Source: Paraspadella gotoi (Eukaryota > Animalia > Chaetognatha). Taken from it: DNA of 64,000 nt. Location of the stretch: the NCBI GenBank assembly GCA_051294375.1, contig CM119264.1, positions 22,386,709 through 22,450,708 on the forward strand. Reading direction: 5' to 3'. The translations under genes were made by a program, and so were the position numbers. Below, piece by piece: positions 51,917-64,000 of this stretch (its first letter is position 1; every line of letters starts with the position of its first letter). The notes under the pieces are model-generated. The model made no database searches. It was not told the DNA's origin and saw only the letters and a list, made by a program, of their open reading frames with translations.

Positions 51917-52110
51917 TTAGGTTAAAGATTAGGAGGTTAAGCAATGAGGATTTAGGTTAAGGGTTAGATTAGGGCAATTGATTAAGTTAGGGATTAAGGT
52001 TAGAGTTTAAAGTAGGGAATATTTGGTTATGGATCTTAGTTAAGGAGTAAGGATTGAAAATATGAATTAAGTTCAAGTTAAAATTTAAGGTTAGGATTAA
52101 GGTCAGGTAT
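51917..52110 (+). repeat. Degenerate TTAGG/TTAGGG-like tract
   Basis: Repeated TTAGG, GGTTAG, TTAAGG and TTAGGG words with almost no C on the + strand. Confidence 0.55.
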
Positions 52111-52589
52111 TAATAATTTAGTTTTAACGAGTTGTTAGAGATAAAACGAAAAATTTTCGTTGCAACAACAAGTGAATTATAATAGAATAAGAGTGAAAAC
52201 AGAAATGGGGATCGTTCGAGAAAATAGTGCCATCTTTTAGATCGCAAGACAAATGATTATTAATCATTGAACTCGAGAAAACTGCAGTTCTTGGAAATGG
52301 AACATCGGACAATCAGTTTTTTTTTTTTTTTTTTTTTTTGACTAAGAAGTCGACTCAACTTGACAGTTTCTTGTTTCTGGTCACTCGAATCACTCGGTCA
52401 CTTTCGTCACAAAGTCCCTTTTCGGTCCTTTTCTCTCCTCCTTTTTTTTCATATTAAGTATTAAGTATTAAGCATTTTCCAAAGCTCTAAAAACTTTATC
52501 TAGTATGATAATTGCATGAATTCGTTATAAACTACCAAAAAAAAAATAGCAAAACAAACTTTACAAGAACCGAAGGCATCTTCTATAGC

Positions 52590-55500
52590 ATGGAATCCTT
52601 TGCCATCTGCTCCTACCGCACCCCATCATCCTATGAAGGAAATAAAGAGAAGTTACTCTAGCACCTCGTTGCCATTAACGACGACGGTAGTCAATTAATG
52701 GCTAAACTAAGACCGATCTCTCGGCGACAATCGATGTGGATCCAGAATCTTCATCCTATGAGAAGCGGTCTGGACCGGGAGTGTGTTTGATGATTTGTCG
52801 TAGCATAAATTATTACATTTTATCCTTTTTAATACAAAAAAAATATTATTTTTTTTTTCATTCCAGTGCTTCACATGCTGTGGACTTCCCTCATGTCGGT
52901 CCGATGAGGTCCATCATTCAGGCTGGAACACCTGGTTCCAGCTGTTTTGGCGACTTCGAGCAAAAGCCGCAAACAAGTTTAGTGCTCCCGACGCTGAGCT
53001 CGACCGCCGTCTACATCGTCGACGTAGGCGCCGATCCGCTTAAGGCCCCAACGTTCATAAGGTGATCTAGAATGGGATAAAATTGAAGAGACAGTTGATA
53101 ATTGTTATGTGTAGTTGACAGAACCGGTCAAATATAAGCATGTCCCTGAGCTTCGGATCAGGGCTTGTAACACCGTTTTCTGCTAGGCGACCACCGGCTA
53201 AGAACCCCGGACCGTGTGTGTGTAGGAGGCGAATGACTTGCCGTCCGCATCAGATGGGCCGCTGGATTGAACGGTTGGTGGGATTTAGTCCACCATAAAA
53301 TGTTGATTAATAGAAGTTTAAAACACAATAAAAATTATTCCATTCAATCGAATAATAGGTCGCGTCTCAGATCTTATGTTTTTCGGAGAAACAGGCAAAG
53401 ACAGAAGAGACAAAGACAGAAGTGGAAGAGAAGAGAAGAAGGAGCAGCAGAAAGAGGCAAAGACGAGAAAAAAAATTTTTTTAGCTCAAAAACAAAGAAT
53501 CGGATAACAATTAACCATGCAAACGCGACGCAGTATTTAAACGCCTATTATTAAAACGTTCCTGCTTTATCTTTGCCAGGTCATCGGAACCTTACGGACA
53601 AGGGACTTCATGGACTTCGCTCGCCCCACACTGCCTCACTGTTGGCTCGGGAGAGGTTCATGATCAGTTGCATGGGCGACGCGAACAACGACGCGCCATT
53701 GCGGCTTTCTGCTTTGATGGTGAAACTTTGAACCAATGGAGAATGGATCACATCCTGTAACGGGATCGAGAAAACTAAAAGATTATACACTTTTAAATTT
53801 TACATCATCTGTATCAATAAATGTTACTGATGGTAGATAAAATTACAGCATTGGACAAGAAATAGGGCATAGAATGTTCCATGATGAAAAAGGAAGCTTC
53901 ACAGTAAATTTTGTCACTTATAATAAATAATATAATTAAATAATATTATTGAGGATTTTATTCGTAACGCCTCGTGCAGCGAGCTACGTGTTTCTGACTG
54001 CTATTTATAAGAACAAAAGAATGAAATTTTAGTATATTTATTTGTAGCTAGACATTACATGAGCGTGAACGTGAAGCAAGTAAGAAGGGAGACATAAAAG
54101 CAAGTCGAAGGGAGACATAAAGCAATCAATGGGAGACTATTTCTAAAGATACAAAAAAAAAAGAACTTTATTAAAAATAGTCAACTTTAAGGCTTAACCA
54201 TAAAGATTACAAAATATCATTAAATGCCTACGACCGTCAACGAATCATTGGCGTAACTTATCCTCTTTAGTTTCTAGGGTAAGCACATCTCTTTTTATAT
54301 CTTTAGTTATAGGTACAATCATAAGGACTAACCAATCAGCAGAGCGACGGTTTTAAAATACTTGATCAATCAGAATACTCTAAGCAACAAAAATACGAGA
54401 TTCAATAATAAAAAGCGATCAAACAAGCGCGAGAACATCTGCTAACAAATAAAAAATTAACAAATATAATAATTTGCTTGCCTAGCTGAGCATCTTAAAG
54501 ACCCTCTTCCAGAAAATATACAGGAGTGAAATACATTTCCTCCTATTTAAAAAGTAAATTGAAGTTTTATTTGGTATTAGCAATGAAATACATAATTAGT
54601 CAATTAGTGATTCCAAAATTATCTTTTATTCCTAACATTTCAATCAAATCTCATCAGCTTCCGTACCAGCGCGATGCAATGGGCTACGACTACTTGGTAC
54701 CAACCCTACCACAACGTCATGCATCAGTTCCGAAGGGAGTTCCTCAAAGCCTTTTCAAACGGGCTTCGATCCAAACACGTGAGAAGTAAATATGCAAATT
54801 GCACGTGTGGGATTGGAAAGAAATGAAAGCACGTTCAGGGTCAGAAAAACTCGAAAAAAAATTCTTCTGAACAATAATTGCATAAATATATTGAAAATAT
54901 TGCACATAATTATTATTAACTAATTTACTTGACAATTGATATATAAACGAAAAAATTTGAAAAAAAAAATAATACTATCACCAAAATCTCCTTTCAGGAA
55001 ATCCCGAATCTCGCGCCCTGAAGGTCTGCCGTCCCCCTTGAATTACGTTTCCTTCACAACCCAAAGGCCGACTGAAGGTTCGTTGGTTGTGCCACTCATC
55101 TTCAGTGTTTCGTTTCTTTAAAGACTGGAGACAAGTGGCGAGCGCAGAAAATTGGTGCCTGTAAATTTCAATATGTTTATTATTATTATTTTTGATTGTA
55201 CCAATTTCTTTTAAAAGATATTAAACAAATATTCTTAAAATCTTTGAGTCACTAACATCTCACAAAAACCAAAAAATTGGCCGTATTATGTTTAGGGTTC
55301 AGTTATTCCTTGATCAATGGTAAAATTCGTGGTCCTTTGAGAAACGCACACCACTCACTTTCATCCTAACATAATAGATTTGATTAACCTCTTTGGGAGC
55401 TCCTGCCTGCCATAATGGCGTTCATTGATTGATTCATTAATTGATTATCACAAAGCAGTCCTCTTCATGCTCCTGCATTAAGCAACAAGTGAATGAATGG

Positions 55501-56034
55501 CAAAGATGGTACATTTGATAAAGAGAGCTGCGGTCATACCCCTCAGACATTAATATTTTTGCTGAAGCGGTCGTCTTTAAAGTTGCCTTTCACTTACAAA
55601 TCCGCTTTTTAGTAATACTGATAATTTTATTTATCTGTAAAAATTTGTGCTTTTTTTATGGACATTCATCAGGTAATACAAGTACAACCCAAGACAGTTT
55701 CTGGCGTGGGCGTTCCCCAAATGCCCGCCTCATCACAGATATTCTCATCTCTCTTGACGATCGGTTCCTGTATTGAGTAATTGGCTGCATGGGATATCGC
55801 CAACTATGACATTTTCTGAACACGTAGGAATATGAATCGTTATTACAAAGTTTAAATCATGTTAATTCATCTTAAAATAGATGAGGCATCATTTTGTTCC
55901 ACAGGAAAATCCGAAGCTTGGTTAGGACAGATTTTATTTTTGGCGGCCTGTTGGCACCTGATGCCAACAATACCTGTTAAGGACGGAGGATTCCAGAAAG
56001 TGCTGATATTCCACCTCCAGTTTTGCATCAAGCG
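52590..56034 (+). CDS. SELENBP1: Selenium-binding protein 1 / methanethiol oxidase (SBP56 family); multi-exon, many frameshifts, C-terminus not recognisable
   Basis: Ordered motifs, read with frame hops: ATIDVDPESSSYEK (~52725-52765); DEVHHSGWNT.SSCFGD...LVLPTLSSTAVYIVDVGADP (52867-53061); PHT.HC...MISCMGD (53580-53733); MGYDY.WYQPYHNVM...LHVWDWK (~54660-54838); PLELRFLHNP...VGCA (54998-55155); VIQVQPKTVSG...ITDILISLDDRFLY.SNWLHG (55673-55815); ENPKL.GQI..GG (55904-56034). Most blocks are preceded by CAG acceptors. Confidence 0.92.
53144..53262 (-). mobile_element. Possible tRNA-derived SINE fragment with a terminal hairpin, in a SELENBP1 intron
   Basis: Minus strand GCCCATCTGATGCGGACGG...CCGGGGTTCTTAGCC has A- and B-box-like words. 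Hairpin CCCTGAGC-TTCG-GATCAGGG at 53144-53163. Confidence 0.25.
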
Positions 56035-57267
56035 GTGAGTTTTTCATTGCAGACAGCAGCCTTAAAAATGTCTTGATCTGATTTCCATGTTTCGGCGTTC
56101 GAGAGGTCGGCGTCGACCAACACGAGTAGGCGGGTCCAGAAGCAATGACGGTCGATTCAATCATCTACGCTTGGTGATAGTTCACGTGAATTCAAGTAAG
56201 CAGCTTTTAGGTCGGTCCAGGTCCTTGAAGGAAGAGTTGGCAGCAGCAGCAGGACTGAACAAGGAAAAATTAGAGACAGAGTTAAATATTAAGATATTAG
56301 AGATTAGAACAGAAAGAGAAGCAAGGAGAGTGTTCAAGGAGGAAAGGCCCAGAAAGAAGACCCAGCAGAAGGAGGGATAGAGATTCAATAATTAATCAAT
56401 CAATTACTGTTACATCATAATAAATTATTATTACATCATAATGAATTATTGTATTACATTATTAATTCAATTTAGCTATTTACATACTATAACATTAATA
56501 ATTCGTTATCGCATCAATCATTGTTAAAAACAATTAGTGATTTACTTAACCCCTGAAATTATATAATTTTTTTTATCCATCTATATAATTTTTTTTTTAT
56601 TAGGAGGATTTGTCTCTTACTTTTCATAAGCATTTCCCTTAGTTCTATAAAATTTGCCTCTTCTCTTTCACCCACTAGACTTTACTTGCATGCTTTATAA
56701 CAAAATAATAATTTTTTATATGTTTTTAGTTTTTATTAAATCAAAAAGCATTGTATTGCATCAATGCATTTTAATTTCAATAAAAATATCAAGTAGCAAG
56801 TTTAGCAAAGTATTAGTGCCGCAGTTGATTACATTATTCGCACCACTGGTTCGTTTTTTTTCCGGATTTTTTTATAATTTTCGTGATAGTAACGCTGGCT
56901 AGATCTCTATACTTTAATATCTTATCCCAAAACGAGAACCTCTTTGCATGTCAAATCTAAAGTAAGTGCTCTTAGATATGTTTCTAGAAAAAAATGTACA
57001 GGCCTCTTTTTTAATGTCTCTTACCCTATTAATTCTGTTATGTATTAGCTAATGTAAAAGCATGCAATTTAAAGTGATGCGAGATTTAGTGCGTAACAAT
57101 GTTCATGCGGCAATATATTGCTCGGCAATCAGATATTTAATTATTTCTATTTTGAAAAATATGAAAACAAGTTTGAGCAACACAAGTCGGATCTTGCCTA
57201 TGAGAATCAGCGTAAAAAGCTTATCCGCATGAAAATATCATGAAGTTCTTTATGACTTTCGAATTAA

Positions 57268-57427
57268 TCTCTCTCTTTTTTTTTTTTCCCCGTTTTTTTT
57301 CTCATCCCCTTTTTTTATCTTTTCTCAATCAGGATTCCAATCAAGGGAATCCCAGTCTGCGTTCCCGTCCAATCAAGTTGGTGAATAAAAGAAAATTCTT
57401 ATTTCTCACTCGCCGGTCTCCCTCTCC

Positions 57428-57458
<31 letters not shown>

Positions 57459-57564
57459 AGATATTTTATCAAGCACGATTTTCTCCATGATTTCTGAAAT
57501 TTCTTTAGATATTTTCCCATGTCATCAGGACACACAAGAGAAAAACTCTGGAGGAGAGAGTGGA

Positions 57565-57599
<35 letters not shown>

Positions 57600-58050
57600 C
57601 AGCAGAAAGATAGAGAGCCGGAGAGAGACGACGGAGGAGAGAGAAAGAGAGAGAGAGAGAATCTTCTCTCCCCATTCAGATTTGTTGTCGCAATCATTGG
57701 CCAGCAAAGATTGCGTTTGGGTTTTTTCCCCTTTCGTCAGTCCATCTGCAAAAGAGGACGTCTTCACTACCACAATTACATAGTCTTCTTCTTTTTTAAG
57801 TAACGTTTCTTCCGATCCTCCCCTTATTTTCCTACACCCCCCCCCTCCGCCTCCCCCCTCCCGTCTCTCCTTACTTCCCCCTTTTCTCTCTCCTCGTTTT
57901 TCTGTGTTTTCGATTTATGGCTACTTGTCATTCGATTAAGAATTTATTGCCCATCATACCTACGCGGGCTCCCTCTCCTACTCTTCTCGCCTACTAAGAC
58001 ATGCCCGTCGGATAGAGCTAGCAGCACAACGTTCGCGACCCGATGAGACT
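57268..58050 (+). repeat. Direct copy of ~47735-48520
   Basis: Collinear shared sequence, e.g. AATCAGGATTCCAATCAAGGGAATCCCAGTCTGCG and GTTCGCGACCCGATGA. Its start is also the inverse of ~9650-9860. Confidence 0.9.
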
Positions 58051-61000
58051 CTCCAAGACTAAACGATAATTTGAGCTAATATGAAATAGGCTTTGAAGAG
58101 AATTGCCACCTCCTAAGAGAGGAAGAGAAGAGACAAGAGAAACGAACAAGAAAGACATTAGAATCGACAAGGAGAAGGACTCTCATGAAAGAGACAATAT
58201 AAGGGACAAAAGAAAGACAAAGAAAGGATTAAGGAAAGATCAAGAAAATGATCAAGAAAGATGGGCAGAGAAAGATAGAGATCATATATTAACTCAACAG
58301 GAAATCCACAATTCGTTTGTTCATTATTCCGCAGCTGTATATCTAATTGAGCAGAGTAGATATCAGCTTGAGTTGATCACTCCATCCCTGATTTTTACCC
58401 TTTGAATTCCTTTATCATTTGTCTACTATCACTTTATCCATGACGCCACATCACATTCATCATTTCCATGATCACTTAATTCCTGTCCCTCATTCCTAGA
58501 ATTCTTTTGGTACTCGTTTTGTTGAAGAGATGTCGAAGATGATTGAGACCTAAAATTTTATATCATTAAAATAATTCCCTCGCTTCCGTTCAAGCGCGCG
58601 CCTGGTTCTGGGAGACGAAAGAGTTAGACGTGAGGAAGGAGAAAGGATCATGAGGAGACTGAGGAGGAGGGAGAGAGCAGGGATGCATAGATGGAGGGCT
58701 GGTGAGGGGTCTATGAATCAAAGAGCTTCGCAGGGTGGAATTCTCTGGTGCTACGACGCATCCAGGGATTATCCAAATTTTAAACGACCTTCCTTCTCTT
58801 TATCTCTACTTCTTTCTTCTTTAATTATTCCCCCTCTCTAATTCTTCTTAAGATCTATCTCTACTTCTCTTTATCTCTACTTCTCTTCTATCTTCTCACT
58901 CTCTCCGTATTAATATTTTTCCTCCTCAAATTCCTACTTATCTATCCCTCTATCTTCTCTGGGTATCCTGTACTTTTCCTCTTTATCTTCTACTTCTCTT
59001 TAATATTTCCTCTCTATATTTCTTTTATCTCTATCTCTACTTCTCTGGGTCGTAGTCCTGTAGCTTCTCTTTGATCTTCACTTCTCTTTTAATCATCCTC
59101 TCTAATTCTGGAGGCGGGGAGTTAGGATATCGATATCTGTCTGAACTATATGGCTACGGAGGGAGACCCAAAGCCCGGAGCGTAATTGCTCATAAGCAGT
59201 TCGTCCTTTGTATCTCTACTTCTCTTATCTCTATCTCTCCTTTGAAGTACAGTCTGAACTAATCTTGAATCTCCTAATCTCTTTTTCATTCTTCTACCTT
59301 TCTTTTTCAGGTACTTGTCTATATTAGACTTGCTCTTATTTGACGTATCTCTACTTCTTCTTTCTATCATGCCTTTCGACTTTCTACGTGTATGAGATCT
59401 CCTACTTCTCTTTCTAGACGATAGAAAATTCAATCTACTTCTCTTCTTAACCACAATGGATACAACATTTCTGATAAATAACTGTTACAAAAAATCCGGA
59501 TTGTCTTTTAATCTACCTGAATTTCCTTCATCTTTATAAATTTTTCCTCCTCTTCGATTCGAAAATTCTTCCGGATCTCCTTACTTCTTCGAATAACTTC
59601 TCTCCATTTGTTGCCCTTTCACATATTGGCCATTTAAAACTGCTGGTCCAGCTTAAATCTTTCACCTTTTTTTGATTCTAATTCTCGTTAGCTTTCCTTG
59701 ATTCAATCCTTCATTCAATATATAATTCGCCCCAGTCTTTTTCCACTAATTCGTTTAGTGATTCTCAGGACCATGGCAAATTCTCAATCTAAAATCATTG
59801 TGATATATCAAATTATGACGTCTCGAGAATTTCAGATGCTGGCTTCCATTTTTGGTGGTCTCCATACCTGTTGTCTTTAATTTCTTCTTTTCTGGCTTTT
59901 CGAAATAGCTTCGGTCGTCTATGGGAAAATATCGACCTTTCCATTTGCTCTCGTCCTCCATTTTACTAAACGCACATGCATCTTATATACAAGCCGATAA
60001 TTTGCTACTACAGGATGAATATTTGACTGTCCATTGCCTTTTTCCCACCTCGTCCGTGATGCGTTAACACTACGTCAGTATAACTCTTCTGCAAGTGAAT
60101 CCACTCGTGCCACCAACACAAACATCGGTTTCTCTCAAGTTCCTGCTCCGTTTTATTTTTTGAATATAAACTTACCATAGTCCTCCCGGCTACGCCTTCC
60201 AGACATTTTTTTGGCTTCTCTCTGGTTTCGTTTTGTCGGCATTTCTCCCTCTTCTTCCCAATTTGCGTTTATCCTTCTTTTCTTGATCTCGGATTAGAAT
60301 CAGACACTTTCACGTCTTGAAAACATATTTCCTAAGAAAGCGTCTTCATGACTGAAATATTTGTTTAACGTGTCAAACGATTTATCTAAACTTTTATGTA
60401 TAACATACTTAGTATTATAATACATAAATATAAATAGCTAAGTTTTTCTCTTCACCAATTTTTTCATCAAAGATTTTTGTATCTTGCGTTGCTGAGCATA
60501 TCTTAGCTTGTTTTCTCTCACTGTGCTCTGCTCACACCCATATCGATAATTTTTGCGTTACTGGTCGTATTATCCAAAACTTATATGAATAACCCATATC
60601 ACACTAAACAGAACATTATTATTTGATGAGTAAACGTGGAACAAAAATCGTTTAATAAATTCGCTGCCCATTGGAATGGTGACAATTCGTTAAAAATGGT
60701 CACGTCTTTGAATATGAACCAGCAGCTTCCAGCTCCCGCTGTTGCGAATATCTCTCTCTCCGCAAGGTCACAGGCGACTAAAAAGTTGACGTTCGCCCTG
60801 TTAAGTTTTGGACCGCACTGACAGTCCGGCTATAAGTTCGCGTCGTATGCTGTGAGATGTCCGAGAGTGGTGACCGTATCGACGCATGACTCCGCACGGC
60901 ACGATGACTGGACCTCTCGGACTGATTTCCGCCTGATCGAGACGCACCCGAGAGAGAGAGAGCGCAAGACTGAGCATGAGATCCCCTAGCCCACCTAATT

Positions 61001-63554
61001 CCCGCACCTGAGTGCCGATTCGCACCACCCCTTTCCCGATGAGCACCCCCTGTTCACGACCGTGACGAAGATGTGCGCACCCAACACAAACATTTGTTAG
61101 GTCAGAAAAACGCACCCACAAGCGACCTCGCCAATTGACGACGACGGCCATACTATCATGTTTGTTAGCAGAATAAGACATACAGGTCTCTCTCAGTTGA
61201 CAATATCTCTGGCACGATCTCTCACTCGACGGTGAATTTCAAGATGGCGGTCCGAGAGGCATGTATCTGGGCCAAAGGACGTCAGGTATGAGGCATTTTA
61301 TTACAACTAAATTGGTAGCGCGGCATGATAGTGGCGGATGAAAGAATGCTCTCAAGAATTACGCGGCACAAATTGTTGGAATAGGGATCAGAAATCGGAT
61401 GGAGTAGATGGAGAGGATGAACGTGAGCGAAAGCGAAGATGAAGAGAAGTAGAAGAGATATGAAGAGAAATGAGAATGAAATGGCGTGGAGAAATGAAAT
61501 GAATGGATGCATAATAAAGTACAATTTGACCTCTTAAGTCGTAACCTTGAATAACTAGAGAAACAATATGCGTTTTGAGCGAAAAAGAAAAATTGAAAAA
61601 AAAGGAAAAAAAAGATTAGAGAATTTATGCCAAGGATACAAGCGAGGGAATAAATGCGAGGAAAGTGAAATGTGACACAGGAAACACTACTACGAACGGA
61701 GACCACACACCAGAGATATGAATGAGTCATGTGGAAGCTTGCACTATGGAAACGAATACAGACAAATCCGTAGAGCGCCGAGACGACAAGCGACTGTGAC
61801 CGAACCTACGCACCGTACTGCTCACTGCAGATAGTTACGAAAGTCATGATGACTGAAACTAAGTTGTAGCTGTCACTGTTGAATATAGTATCATATACCG
61901 ATATATAATCAGTTGTTAAGATAATATGATTTATGTCCTTTCGTATTTCATAACGCGCAACGAAGCATTTAAATTATTATATTACCGTTCGGTTATAAGT
62001 TAAAAATTTGTTTCTGTGAGGATCTATTATATACCATATGATTTTTATTTTATACTCCTAGGAATGTCATGAAGGAAAATAAGCTTAAAATTGTAGATAA
62101 AGTGGGGAATTAATATAAGCGAAAAATTTAATATAAATATGAAAATATTTCTTATAGAGTGGCTAAATAAATATAGTTAGAAATGAAAAACCAGTTATTA
62201 AAAAATATCTATAGAAATTCAGCCATATGAGAATTAGACGTGTGGAGGGATGATGATGATTATATTAGAGAGTATGATTGTAACGTGGCGATGGATGGAT
62301 TTTTCAGGAGAGTATTGGAGTGAGGAAAGGAACCGAATGATATGACTGGTGACGAATTTATAAAAGGAGAGGAGAGGGTTGCTATTACTACTTTTCAATT
62401 AACTTTTCCGGAAGCTCTATTAGGAATCTTTTCTTAAAAAACATAATAATGTTTTAAAAAATAATCTTTGCCCATTTCGTGGTTAGATATATTAATAAAT
62501 AAAAATTTTTTAAAAGCTTCTCTAGTGCCAACAACCCAATGAAACTAATTTCAGAAAATTAGTTTAGTGACACCAATTGAAAACCGATTAGTAATAGAAT
62601 GCCGAAAATATGAGAATTGTTGAGGAGAGAATTAAAAAGTTACTTAAATTTTGATTTAGCATTCAATTTTGGCCCGCCTTAGTGCGGCATACGCCAAAGG
62701 CTGCTGCTGAGTCTCTCTCCAAATAATGAGCTCAATGAGCAAGTCAATCTGCATTTTATTACTACGCAAGATTTCTCTCTCAGATCTCTACCACATGTGC
62801 TCAATATACGGATAATATGCAGTTTCAAAGAGAAGTTATACAAGAATAGAAGAAGAAAAGCGACGTCAGAAGTGACGAGATAGAAGAAAGAATCCACACA
62901 TATGACCAGATAAAGAAAATGTTACATAGAGAGATACATTTACATCAATTTTTCATACATACGATAAATAACTTTTAATAGAAAAGATCAGTAAAAGAAA
63001 AGCAAAGAAAGAAAGACGAGAATATCAACCAAAAGAAGACAAGAAAGAAGAGATCCACGTGACCTCAATCTAAAGATTCCAGTCACGCGATTTTGTGGAG
63101 AAAAGAGTTGCCAGGATCAGACGGAGACAGAGACAGCAGACAGAGACCAGAGCGAAGAGAGAGACAGAGAAGGCGAGAGAGAGAACAGAGATGCCGACGC
63201 GCGAATATGAAAAGCTGAAAGTTGAATCCACTTGGGCTTTTTGTCGGAGGCCATGGAGAAGGGGAGGCCTCGCAGCAATTACTGATGGCCTTTGAGGAGA
63301 GCAGAGAGACGAGATAGAGAGGAGAGAGAGAGAGAGAGAGAAGAGAGAGGAGGAGAGAGAGAAGAGAAATGGCAAAGATTAAAATAGTCACCCATCCATA
63401 CCTGGACAATAAGCGGCAACCCTATAGCACGCTAGATCGTACGACTTTCCATACACCGGGCATACAGCGGAACACACTACGCTCCCATGATATCTGCGCA
63501 CTCGTCGCCGCCAACTCTCTTCTCTCTTTNNNNNNNNNNNNNNNNNNNNNNNNN

Positions 63555-63672
63555 CTGGCATGACTTGCTGGCCTGATGAGGGTCGCGGACCCTTCCGGGG
63601 AGAAAAGCTGGGGAGGAGAGAGAGAGAGCAGAGAGAGAGAGGATGAATTCGAGAAGCGGAGAGAGAGCAGAT

Positions 63673-63703
<31 letters not shown>

Positions 63704-64000
63704 GAAGTAAAGAGAAGAGAGAGAGAGAAGACAAAAAAATCACAAAATGAAAAGAGAGAGGCGAAGAAGAGGGAGAAAGGGAGAGGAGGATATTTGAGAG
63801 AGATTAAGCAAGGATAAATTAGAGAGGGGAGTTGGGTAGATACTTAGATAGGGATAGAGGAGAGCGAGGGTAAAATAAAAGAAATAGTAAGAATGAGAGA
63901 GAAAGAGAAGGTTTTTCAGCTCCTTTTTTATCATTTTTTACAAATATTAATAAAATCCAACATAATGAAGCTTGTAATAAGGCCAGAAGGACCGAAACAT
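63555..64000 (+). repeat. Further copy of the R 5' end and spacer (cf. 43733-43985 and 35255-35465) after a 25-N gap
   Basis: CTGGCATGACTTGCTGGCCTGATGAG... and ...GGCCAGAAGGACCGAAACAT match the earlier copies. Confidence 0.9.

Noticed and set aside
54072-54140. Three ~23-bp GGGAGACATAAAGCAA repeats as a CRISPR array
   Set aside because: Tandem units without unique spacers, in a eukaryotic intron with no cas genes. This is a small minisatellite.

Overview
Eukaryotic (probably invertebrate animal) draft-assembly sequence, AT-rich and dense in (GA/CT)n microsatellites, with one 526-N gap, six 25-N gaps and one 10-N gap. Nearly all ORFs in the supplied track are microsatellite or antisense artefacts. 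Supportable genes are: the last exon of a two-pore K+ channel (243-433, +); an N-terminal, disabled NEK-like kinase fragment (6124-6579, +); an intact two-exon gene for a 106-aa Cys-rich membrane protein (7549-8352, +); an unidentified multi-exon gene present in many copies; and a heavily frameshifted SELENBP1/methanethiol oxidase gene (~52.6-56.0 kb, +). About 8.7-47.7 kb is a nest of direct and inverted copies of one ~8.5-kb locus. Apparently identical blocks alternate with indel-rich blocks, junctions fall at CT/GA tracts, and fold-backs sit at 25-N gaps. This is best explained as redundant long-read gap filling, but real inverted amplification cannot be excluded without read data. Two things in that nest look biological: a ~1.24-kb hAT-like non-autonomous element with an 8-bp TSD that is absent from the other copies, and a unique island near the symmetry centre with a DUF2828/vWA-like protein fragment. 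I found no rRNA, intact tRNA, CRISPR array or convincing new biological system.
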